This document shows positions 32,267 to 39,893 of a stretch of DNA of 39,893 nt, piece after piece. A model generated the notes under the pieces. That model was not told where the DNA came from and did not search any database. It worked only from the letters and a program-made list of their open reading frames with translations. This stretch comes from Patescibacteria group bacterium (GTDB taxonomy: Bacteria > Patescibacteriota > Minisyncoccia > Phycocordibacterales > UBA9973). The translations under genes and the position numbers were made by a program. Within the stretch, counting starts at the first letter, position 1; each line of letters starts with the position of its first letter. The stretch is taken from positions 1-39,893 of the forward strand of contig JBBTUY010000003.1 in assembly GCA_038063515.1 (NCBI GenBank), written 5' to 3'.

Positions 32267-35200
32267 ATGAAATTAAATAATAAAAAGTTTAGTAAAGGAA
32301 TTATCTCTAAAACGTTTTTTTACGTTAAGTTTTTTATCTTTGTTTTTATTATAATTCTAAATGCTTTCTCTTTACATATAGTACATGCTACAGCTGGAGT
32401 TCCTAAGATTATTAATTTTCAAGGACGCTTGCTAGACTCTAGTGGGAACTTGCTCGGTGCTTCTTCAGGTACAGATTATTGTTATAAATTTTCTATTTAT
32501 GATGCGACAACAGCTGGATCAAAGATCTGGCCTTCAGGCTCTCCATCTACGATGACGATATCGACACGAAGCGGAGTATTCGATGCTAGTGTTGGAGATA
32601 CAGGTGCAGGGGGGGATACTTTAGATCTTACTTTCACTGATGATCAAGCTTTTATGGATGTGCAGGTTGCGACAAAAGTGGGAGCTTCTTGTACGACTGG
32701 AGCTGATGAAGTTTTTGAATCACTTACTCCTCGTCCACAAATAGTTTCATCTGCATTTGCTATTAATTCTGGCACTGTCGGAGGTTTTACTCCCGCACAG
32801 TCAGCTACAAATAGTCAGATCCCAGTTCTTACTTCTGGGGCTGTAGTTTTAGGTCATGCGACTACTGCTGGAGTCTCTTCAGTAGGAGCAGCTCCACTTG
32901 CAGTGGATGCTGGAAGTTCGGGTGTTTTAAATTTAAATAACACATCTACCGGAAATATTTTATTAGGAGGGGGCTCGGCTTCCACTGGCTGTACTTTAAC
33001 AAATTCCACTGGTGCATTTGCATGTGCTGCGGGACTTACGGGAACAGCTGTTACAGATTCTGGGCTTACAGCTACCAGAATAACTTTTGCTGGAACTGGG
33101 GGGCTACTCTCTGATGATGCAGATCTAACTTTTGCTACAGATACATTAACAGCGACAAAATTAAATGCTACTACTAATATCCAACTAAACGGTACTATAG
33201 TTTTAAGTGGTACAACTCTCGGCTCAACTATTGTATCCTCTTCTCTTACTTCTATCGGTACACTTATTTCTGGTGCTGTACCTGCATCTCTTGTAACTGC
33301 TGGAACTTTCGGTACAGGAGCTTATGTTATGGATACATCAATTAGAGTACCACTTATTATAGGCAGCAGTTTTACTACGGGTGATTTAACTTTGCAAACT
33401 ACTTCAGGTGTAGGTGCAACAGGGGCAGATATGCATTTCTTAGTAGGTAATAATGGTGCTACTGAAGCTATGACTATTTTAAATAGTGGTAATGTCGGTA
33501 TTGGGACGACGAGTCCTCAAAGAATACTTCACCTAGAAGTTTCAAGTGGGGAGGCAACAATTTATGCTCGTTCTACAGATGCCACAGGTTACACAGGCAT
33601 GAACATGTACAACGATACAGGTGATTTAACTGGTAGCTTACAAATAGGAAACAGCAATGCTAGTGAAGCGGCACTTAGAAACAATATGTTCATGGGTGCT
33701 CGTCAAGCAACAGGTAAACTTATCTTTGTACGTGACACAGGAGCTACAGAAATGGCTAGATTTGATGAGAATGGTAAATTTGGTATCGGTATCACCACCC
33801 CAGCCTCCCTCCTCCACATCCAAGGAGGACTAACAACCACAGGCTCTGTACTTACCCTAGGAACAAACGAAACTACCGTAGTAGCAAATGATGTCTTAGG
33901 CAGAGTAAACTTTTATGCACCCCTAGATGCTGCAGGAACAGACGCGAATCTTGTAGCTGGTTCCATAGTAGCTCAAGCAGAAGGTACGTTCTCTTCTTCC
34001 AGTAATGCCACTTCCTTGCTCTTCCAAACTGGCTCCAGTGAAGTTGCTACTACTAAGATGGCTATTACTAGTGGTGGGAATGTTGGCATTGGGACAACGA
34101 CTCCAACAACCAAGTTGTCTGTTTCTCAAACTGATAATTTTGGTACCTATACAGATCCACTTGGTGTGTCCGTTACCTCTTTTGCATATTTAAATCCTAC
34201 TATAACCTCTGCATCATTTGGAACACCATTTCGTGTTTTTTCACAAGAAACTGTTCTCAATCCATCGTCGGACCCTGGCACTAAGGTTATAAATGGTATA
34301 GTTTCGCAAATAACTGTACCCTCTGGCAGTGTTAATCTATCAGGTGTAACTATGAGAGGTCTTAACTTTACCGTACAACATGGAGGAACTGGTGCATTAA
34401 ATGCTTTAGTTGGATTACTTGGAAATGCAACTAATAGGACGACCGGTTCTGTGACAACAGCGACTGGTGGTCAATTAACATTTAATAACCTTAGTACTGG
34501 TACAATTACGACAGCTTACGGATTGAACGTCTCAGACATTACTAATGCTGGAACAATTACTAATACATACGGTGTATATGTCGGTGATATTACAGCAGGT
34601 ACACAGACTAACACACCATTTTCATTTTATGCGTCGGATGCTAGTGCTTATAACTATTTCGCAGGGAGTGTGGGTATAGGGACAACGGCACCAGGCAGAA
34701 AGCTACACATTTCAGATGCAGGAGATTGGGGTGGAGCAATCACTCTTCAAAATACTGGTTCGGGAGGAGAACAATATTCTTTATTAGTAGGAAATACTGC
34801 AAGTGGTCAAGCAGGAAAGTTTGCAATATATGATGAGGGTGAAGATTTTAGGTTTGTAATTGATACTAATGGTAAGGTCGGTATAGGATTAACAGCTCCA
34901 GGTCAAGAACTTGAAGTTCAAGGTGATGTTCGTCTTGATTTGAATGGTACCGCGACTACTATTGCTTTATGTCATGCTAATGCTGATACTACTGATGAAG
35001 ATATTGTCGACTGTAGTGGAGCTCCCTCTGACTTAGCTGAGTGGTATGAGACTACAGAAGGAGTAGAAGCTAGTGATATCGTGGCTTTCACTGAAGATAT
35101 ACTAACTTATCAGGAACAACAATTTGATCCGTTCACAGGTCAATCTACTGGAGAAAATCTTGAAAGGAAGCTTAGTATTTTAGCTAAGGCTACCAAAGAG

Positions 35201-36343
35201 AATACTAATAAAATTGCAGGTGTTATCTCAACATCTCCTAATCAAGTTTATGGTGAAGATGTACTCAAAAGTAGTGCTAAAAATCCTCAGCCACTTGCTA
35301 TAGCAGGTCGTGTATTAGTGAAAGTTGATCCCGACTCGCTACCTATTTCTCCAGGAGATTATCTAACATTATCGAATAAACCCGGCAAGGCAACGAAAGC
35401 CATAAGAGCAGGAACTGTAATAGGTAAAGCTCTTGATTCATGGGCTCCTAATACTAATTCTTCTACTGTCTTGTTTTTTATTGAACAAGGGTATTATAAA
35501 GGAGAAAGCCTAAGAGACTTTGCTGGAATCGATGTTGATAATATTTCAGACTCAGGTGCTATAATTTTAGCTAAATTCTTGAGCGACCAAGAAACACAAG
35601 AAGGAGTAAATGGAGAAGACTTAAATGTTTCTGAATTACTCACTGATCGTATAGCTGCGGGACTCGAAGTCATAACACCAAAATTAACAACATCAGAAAT
35701 TGAAACAGAAAACATACATGTGTCTGGTGACGCGATTTTTGAAGGCCTCACATTCTTTAAAGGCACTCCGGAGCTTCCTGGTAAGGTCACGTTTGATACA
35801 GAAGTCGAATTTAATATAACACCAACATTCAACAAAGATACTGCTGGTTTTGCTTTAATCAAGGAAGGAGACAAGAGCGTCCGTGTCTCTTTTGAAAAAC
35901 CTTACACCACTACACCTGTAGTTGCTACCTCTATTTCATTTGAAGCCACAGACAATATAGACGAGATAAATGCTGATGCTTTATTTTCTCAAAATATAAC
36001 TTCAATTGTTTTAGAAAAAGATGAGACAGGTTTCACTATAATGCTTAATAAAATAGCACCACAAAATATACGTTTTTCATGGATTGCTCTTAGTGTTAAA
36101 GATGCGAATACTTCTGAGAGCGAAGATACTGGTCTAGAATTTATCTCTCCAGATGGAAGTTCTAGTGGAGGTCCAGATATGACACCAGAGCCTGACCTAC
36201 CATCAGATTCTACTCCAGTTGTAGAGCCTACACCTCCACTTGCAGATCCGACATTAGAAGTTATACCAGAACCAGAAGTGAATATAAACGAAGAAGATAT
36301 TGAGAGTATGGCAGAGCAATCGACTCCAGAACCTGAATTGTAA
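32267..36343 (+). CDS. 1358-aa secreted fibre-like surface protein with five G-x-(V/F)-G-I-G-x-T-x-P repeat motifs
   Basis: It has an N-terminal signal/anchor ([20 protein letters not shown]) and is rich in Thr, Gly, Ser and Ala. The motifs are [10 protein letters not shown] (33488-33517), [10 protein letters not shown] (33773-33802), [10 protein letters not shown] (34076-34105), [10 protein letters not shown] (34663-34692) and [10 protein letters not shown] (34871-34900). These are typical of tail-fibre-like proteins. The C-terminal tail is Pro/Glu-rich. Confidence 0.75.
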   Translation: MKLNNKKFSKGIISKTFFYVKFFIFVFIIILNAFSLHIVHATAGVPKIINFQGRLLDSSGNLLGASSGTDYCYKFSIYDATTAGSKIWPSGSPSTMTISTRSGVFDASVGDTGAGGDTLDLTFTDDQAFMDVQVATKVGASCTTGADEVFESLTPRPQIVSSAFAINSGTVGGFTPAQSATNSQIPVLTSGAVVLGHATTAGVSSVGAAPLAVDAGSSGVLNLNNTSTGNILLGGGSASTGCTLTNSTGAFACAAGLTGTAVTDSGLTATRITFAGTGGLLSDDADLTFATDTLTATKLNATTNIQLNGTIVLSGTTLGSTIVSSSLTSIGTLISGAVPASLVTAGTFGTGAYVMDTSIRVPLIIGSSFTTGDLTLQTTSGVGATGADMHFLVGNNGATEAMTILNSGNVGIGTTSPQRILHLEVSSGEATIYARSTDATGYTGMNMYNDTGDLTGSLQIGNSNASEAALRNNMFMGARQATGKLIFVRDTGATEMARFDENGKFGIGITTPASLLHIQGGLTTTGSVLTLGTNETTVVANDVLGRVNFYAPLDAAGTDANLVAGSIVAQAEGTFSSSSNATSLLFQTGSSEVATTKMAITSGGNVGIGTTTPTTKLSVSQTDNFGTYTDPLGVSVTSFAYLNPTITSASFGTPFRVFSQETVLNPSSDPGTKVINGIVSQITVPSGSVNLSGVTMRGLNFTVQHGGTGALNALVGLLGNATNRTTGSVTTATGGQLTFNNLSTGTITTAYGLNVSDITNAGTITNTYGVYVGDITAGTQTNTPFSFYASDASAYNYFAGSVGIGTTAPGRKLHISDAGDWGGAITLQNTGSGGEQYSLLVGNTASGQAGKFAIYDEGEDFRFVIDTNGKVGIGLTAPGQELEVQGDVRLDLNGTATTIALCHANADTTDEDIVDCSGAPSDLAEWYETTEGVEASDIVAFTEDILTYQEQQFDPFTGQSTGENLERKLSILAKATKENTNKIAGVISTSPNQVYGEDVLKSSAKNPQPLAIAGRVLVKVDPDSLPISPGDYLTLSNKPGKATKAIRAGTVIGKALDSWAPNTNSSTVLFFIEQGYYKGESLRDFAGIDVDNISDSGAIILAKFLSDQETQEGVNGEDLNVSELLTDRIAAGLEVITPKLTTSEIETENIHVSGDAIFEGLTFFKGTPELPGKVTFDTEVEFNITPTFNKDTAGFALIKEGDKSVRVSFEKPYTTTPVVATSISFEATDNIDEINADALFSQNITSIVLEKDETGFTIMLNKIAPQNIRFSWIALSVKDANTSESEDTGLEFISPDGSSSGGPDMTPEPDLPSDSTPVVEPTPPLADPTLEVIPEPEVNINEEDIESMAEQSTPEPEL

Positions 36344-36347
36344 AATA

Positions 36348-36356
36348 TGTTATGAT
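36348..36356 (+). promoter_or_regulatory. Extended -10 TGtTATGAT, 6 nt upstream of ATG 36363
   Basis: The motif was read directly. It supports the 36363 start rather than the track start at 36300. Confidence 0.5.
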
Positions 36357-36362
36357 AAGATA

Positions 36363-36824
36363 ATGTTTAGTATAAATTTTTTAATTTATGTAATAAGATT
36401 TATCAGACGGTATGTTGTATTTCTCACCATACTTTTTTTGATACTTCTTAGTACAGTAATTTTTTATTTTTATAATAAAAGTACTATAAATAAAGATCCT
36501 GATATAATTGCTGAAGGTAAGGCTTTGGTTTTAGTGGAGACTGTTGGCAAGTTAGCTTTTTTACCTCAAAATGAGATACCGACTATTGCTGTTGTTTCTG
36601 ATCCTCTTTTATTGAAAGATCAACTATTTTTCATTGATGCGAAAAAGGGGGATATGGTCCTTATTTATGCAAATAAGAAAAAAGCTGTGTTATACGACCC
36701 TATAGCTAATAAAATAGTGAACATGTCTACTATAAATTCTAGCAGTAAACCTAAAGATTTATTATTAAATTCTAGAGAGAATCAAGCTTCAGATTCTTCT
36801 TCATCAGGCGACAGCCAATTTTAA
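36363..36824 (+). CDS. Small single-pass membrane protein, function unknown
   Basis: An N-terminal TM helix (VVFLTILFLILLSTVIFYFY) is followed by a soluble domain of about 110 aa. It lies inside the surface-protein operon. Confidence 0.55.
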   Translation: MFSINFLIYVIRFIRRYVVFLTILFLILLSTVIFYFYNKSTINKDPDIIAEGKALVLVETVGKLAFLPQNEIPTIAVVSDPLLLKDQLFFIDAKKGDMVLIYANKKKAVLYDPIANKIVNMSTINSSSKPKDLLLNSRENQASDSSSSGDSQF

Positions 36825-36832
36825 TTTTTAAG

Positions 36833-37678
36833 ATGAATGATTTTAAATTTAGAAAATATTTTTTACAAAAGCGTACAAGATTTTTGATTTTGTTTCTTGT
36901 TATTTTTTTATTTGTAGTTAAATATGATTTAGTAGTTTTTGCTGCAGAGCTTACTAGTACGAATTTCATTATTCGTGATCCAATAGTTGGAACAGGTGGT
37001 GGGTACGGAAGCTCTTCTAGTTTTCAGTTAATTTCTGCGGGGCATAATATTTTATCTGGAGTTGGTTCTTCTACTTCTTTCTTAACCCGTTACGGTTTTT
37101 TATATTATGAGGATGAAGAGGATCCAACGATTACTTTCGATATTGATGTTACATCTGCTGATACTTGTAGTACCACAGAAAGCGGAACACCTTATACAGT
37201 AGCCTTAGGTACTATTACAACAGGAGATACAAAAGTCTCTGGTGCAACAGACTCTATTAATAGTATTTGTCTAGATTTAGATACTAATGCTTCTAGTGGT
37301 GCAGTCGTAACAGTTTTTAATGAAAATGGAGCAAATGGTTTAGCCTCATCTTCTGTGCCAGCTGATAATATAAATAGTATTGATGGATCAGTTGCAAATG
37401 GTACAGAAAATTATGGTCTTTGCATTGTTTCAACTAGTGCTACCACAGGTACATTAGATGATGAGGGTGGATACAATGCAGATACATGCGCAGTAAATTC
37501 TGAGACCAATAATGTGCAGGCATTATCTACGGTAGGGGAGAATATTTTTGATACTAATGGTGCTGCTATTGTTGGTGGACGTGGTCAGGTTTCTGTTCAG
37601 AGTTCCATTAGTTCTACTACTCCAGCACACAATGATTACAGAGATACTGTTACCTTTATAGCTACAAGTACTTTTTAG
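36833..37678 (+). CDS. Secreted protein, paralogue 1, with a pilin-like C-terminal domain of about 185 aa
   Basis: It has a signal/anchor segment. The C-terminal domain (DTCSTTESGTPYTVALGTITT...DYRDTVTFIATSTF) is shared with the next gene. Confidence 0.7.
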   Translation: MNDFKFRKYFLQKRTRFLILFLVIFLFVVKYDLVVFAAELTSTNFIIRDPIVGTGGGYGSSSSFQLISAGHNILSGVGSSTSFLTRYGFLYYEDEEDPTITFDIDVTSADTCSTTESGTPYTVALGTITTGDTKVSGATDSINSICLDLDTNASSGAVVTVFNENGANGLASSSVPADNINSIDGSVANGTENYGLCIVSTSATTGTLDDEGGYNADTCAVNSETNNVQALSTVGENIFDTNGAAIVGGRGQVSVQSSISSTTPAHNDYRDTVTFIATSTF

Positions 37679-37705
37679 ATTGATAATTATAGTCATAATA
37701 GCAAG

Positions 37706-37714
37706 TTATCCACA
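37706..37714 (+). promoter_or_regulatory. Perfect DnaA-box consensus TTATCCACA in an intergenic region
   Basis: It is an exact 9-mer and the second of two copies in the window. Confidence 0.3.
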
Positions 37715-37780
37715 GTCTAAATAGAATGATATAAGTTAAAAAATTTGTTATAATAAATAGGTAAATTTATCAACAAAAAT

Positions 37781-38911
37781 ATGATTAAAAAATATATCAG
37801 ACTGTTTTCTTCTAGGTTTATAAGTGGAACTATTATAATAGCTTTATTGTCTCTTATGATTATTCCAAGCTTGGCAATGGCTGCATCAGTCACTGCTTTT
37901 TCAGTTCTTTTATCTAGAGAGAAGGCCTCTACTCTTGCAAATCAAACTATAACTTTTACAACTCCTACAGGAGTAGCTTCTGGTCAGACTATAATTCTTA
38001 CTTATAACAATAGTACTAGTGTCGCGACAGCTCTTGATTTTGAAGATATTGATCTTACAGATGATGGCACGAACGTAACTCTTGCTGCATCTCCATCTGG
38101 AGCTACTTGGGGTGTGGTGCGTACGTCAAGTACGGTGATTACTTTTACAAATGGTACTACAGCTGTAGCAGCTGGTAGTGTGATTGCAATTGAGATAGGT
38201 ACACATGCTACTACGGGTGCCACTGGAGTAGAACAGATCACAAATGGATCTGCAGGTACTACGACACTTACACTTTCTGGAACTTTCGGTGATTCCGGTA
38301 CAGTAGCTATGTCTATCATTGATGATGATCGAGTTTCTATTACAGCTACTGTAAACTCTTCTCTCACTTTTGATCTTGATACGACTGCAGCCGATACTTG
38401 TTCTACTACAGAGTCAGGTACAGCTTATACTGTGGCTTTGGGAACTATCACTACGACTGACACTCGGGTCTCTGGTGCTACAGATAGTATAAACAATATT
38501 TGTGTAGATTTAGATACAAATGCTTCTGGCGGTGCAGCTGTAACTGTTTCTAATACTAATGGTGCAAGTGGCCTGGTTTCAACTTCTGTTACAGCTGATG
38601 ATATAGATAGTTCTGATGGTTCTGTGGGAGACGGTACAGAAAATTATGGTTTATGTATAGTTACTAGTACTGCTACCACAGGTACATTAGATGATGAAGG
38701 TGGATACAATGCAGATACGTGCGCAGCAAACTCTGAGACTAATAACGTACAAGCATTATCCACTACTCCTGAAACTATATTTGATACAAATAGTGCTCCA
38801 ATAGCTGGTGGACGTGGACAGATAGCTGTGAATGCTTCTATTACTGGAGTACAGCCAGCTCATACAGACTATACAGATACTCTAACTTTTGTAGCTACAG
38901 GAACTTTCTAA
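37781..38911 (+). CDS. Secreted protein, paralogue 2: an extra N-terminal Ig-like domain plus the shared pilin-like C-terminal domain
   Basis: The signal peptide ends in LAMAAS. The C-terminal domain (DTCSTTESGTAYTVALGTITT...DYTDTLTFVATGTF) is shared with the previous gene. Confidence 0.7.
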   Translation: MIKKYIRLFSSRFISGTIIIALLSLMIIPSLAMAASVTAFSVLLSREKASTLANQTITFTTPTGVASGQTIILTYNNSTSVATALDFEDIDLTDDGTNVTLAASPSGATWGVVRTSSTVITFTNGTTAVAAGSVIAIEIGTHATTGATGVEQITNGSAGTTTLTLSGTFGDSGTVAMSIIDDDRVSITATVNSSLTFDLDTTAADTCSTTESGTAYTVALGTITTTDTRVSGATDSINNICVDLDTNASGGAAVTVSNTNGASGLVSTSVTADDIDSSDGSVGDGTENYGLCIVTSTATTGTLDDEGGYNADTCAANSETNNVQALSTTPETIFDTNSAPIAGGRGQIAVNASITGVQPAHTDYTDTLTFVATGTF

Positions 38912-38920
38912 ATTTAAGTA

Positions 38921-39893
38921 ATGAAGAATTATCTAAAACACAAAGCCTTGTTTGCACTTTTTGTGGTAATAATACTTTTTGTTTTTATTTACCCAAATGA
39001 TATTTATGCACTTAGTTTGACGCCTACTCGTTTTGAATTACGTGGTGATCCAGGTGAGATTATCACACAAGAGATGTTTATTAATAATGAGACAGGAACT
39101 GCTGAGACTTACTATTCTTCTTTTGCAAACTTTGAAGCACAAGGTGAGTCAGGTAGTCCAGCTTTTACAGATCCTAAAGATGACCTTGGTACTTGGATGA
39201 GTACAGATATAAGTTCTGTATATTTACCTTCTAAAACCAATAAGATTGTTCCATTTACTATTACTATTCCAAAAGATGCTGAGCCAGGAGGTCACTTCGC
39301 TGTAATTTTTTGGGGTACTACTCCAGCAGGAGGTGATACTGGGGTTTCTGTGGGAGCTAAAACTGGAATACTAGTCTTACTGTCTGTAAGTGGTGATGTG
39401 AAAGAAGAAGCAGGTTTGCTTAATTTTAATACTAAAGATAATCAATTTTTATACAATACTTTACCTGTTTCTTTTGAATATAGATTTAAAAATGCTGGAG
39501 GAGACCGCATAAAGCCTCAAGGTAAGATCACTATACGTGATACTATATTTTTTCCCGCAGATTATGTCGATGCAAATGAAGTAGAGGGAAATGTGCTTCC
39601 AGGTAGTACTCGAAAATTTAATATTGATTGGATAAAATACGAAAGACCTGCGAGTTATGTGGCACCTACTCAAATATTTAAAAATTTTTTCAGCAAAGTA
39701 AATTATCAATGGAAGAACTTTGCAATGGGTCTTTATTCTGCAAATCTAAACTTAGAGTATGGTTTGCAGGCACAACATGTGCAAAAGACTATTTTCTTTT
39801 TTGTTTTTCCATGGCAGCTTATCATAGTGATGACTCTCGTTCTCTTCATTGTACTTTTTGGTGGCTGGAAAATAATAAAACGTTACAATAAAT
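38921..39893 (+). CDS. DUF916/DUF3324 (CscA-like, WxL-cluster-type) cell-surface protein with a C-terminal TM anchor; the 3' end runs off the window
   Basis: This ORF is not in the supplied track. I translated it by hand with no stop from ATG 38921 to the window end. It has a signal peptide (ALFALFVVIILFVFIYPNDIYA). LTPTRFELRGDPGEIITQEMFINNETG and ITIPKDAEPGGHFAVIFWG follow the DUF916 pattern. VLPGSTRKF follows the DUF3324 pattern. The terminal FFFVFPWQLIIVMTLVLFIVLFGGWKIIKRYNK is a TM helix with a basic tail. Confidence 0.7.
   Translation, partial: MKNYLKHKALFALFVVIILFVFIYPNDIYALSLTPTRFELRGDPGEIITQEMFINNETGTAETYYSSFANFEAQGESGSPAFTDPKDDLGTWMSTDISSVYLPSKTNKIVPFTITIPKDAEPGGHFAVIFWGTTPAGGDTGVSVGAKTGILVLLSVSGDVKEEAGLLNFNTKDNQFLYNTLPVSFEYRFKNAGGDRIKPQGKITIRDTIFFPADYVDANEVEGNVLPGSTRKFNIDWIKYERPASYVAPTQIFKNFFSKVNYQWKNFAMGLYSANLNLEYGLQAQHVQKTIFFFVFPWQLIIVMTLVLFIVLFGGWKIIKRYNK

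Noticed and set aside
39461-39891. Track ORFs 39461-39709 (minus) and 39709-39891 (plus)
   Set aside because: Both lie inside the long edge-truncated frame-2 ORF starting at 38921, which encodes a coherent DUF916-like protein.
1-39893. CRISPR arrays, rRNA genes, integrase or recombinase genes, and toxin-antitoxin pairs other than Fic
   Set aside because: I looked for regularly spaced direct repeats, rRNA-like GC-rich blocks, and tyrosine or serine recombinase motifs and found none. Only an eye scan was possible, so short or degenerate arrays could have been missed.

Overview
This is a 39.9-kb, low-GC, tightly packed bacterial segment. By eye most of it is about one third G+C. The gene content and style suggest a small-genome Patescibacteria/CPR-like organism: split transketolase, several GH130 glycosidase-like genes, a short dnaE and a short fmt, and almost no Shine-Dalgarno sequences. 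That assignment is inference only.

The core (about 4-31 kb) is housekeeping:
- Envelope, stress and mannoside genes: mscL, msrB-msrA, a mannoside-phosphorylase/PMM/PMI-like cluster, and ndh.
- Translation and replication genes: the fmt-def-hisS-lepB operon, pth, and dnaE.
- Central carbon genes: gap, rpiB, rpe and split tkt.

The two ends are accessory.
- **Left end (1-2.9 kb).** It carries tRNA-Ala, a tRNA-Ala-derived fragment and tRNA-Asn, followed by a compositionally patchy stretch. That stretch ends in a roughly 50-57% GC (hand count) 0.55-kb module at 2289-2846. The module is tiled almost end to end with strong stem-loops, although a 169-codon ORF with the window's only canonical SD runs through it.
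- **Right end (32.3-39.9 kb).** It is a same-strand surface-protein operon. It encodes a 1358-aa fibre-like protein, a small membrane protein, two secreted paralogues sharing a pilin-like C-terminal domain, and a DUF916/CscA-like anchored protein. The last ORF runs off the window and is missing from the ORF track.

Other notable items:
- A recurring promoter architecture places a -10 box 6-7 nt before the ATG, implying leaderless mRNAs.
- An IS200/RAYT-type Y1 transposase is bracketed by inverted copies of a 21-nt hairpin.
- A 117-nt nested inverted-repeat element sits between the two transketolase halves.
- A Pol-beta/PolX-like nucleotidyltransferase with an embedded RanBP2-like zinc ribbon is coupled to a PHP phosphoesterase.

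No rRNA genes and no CRISPR array were seen.
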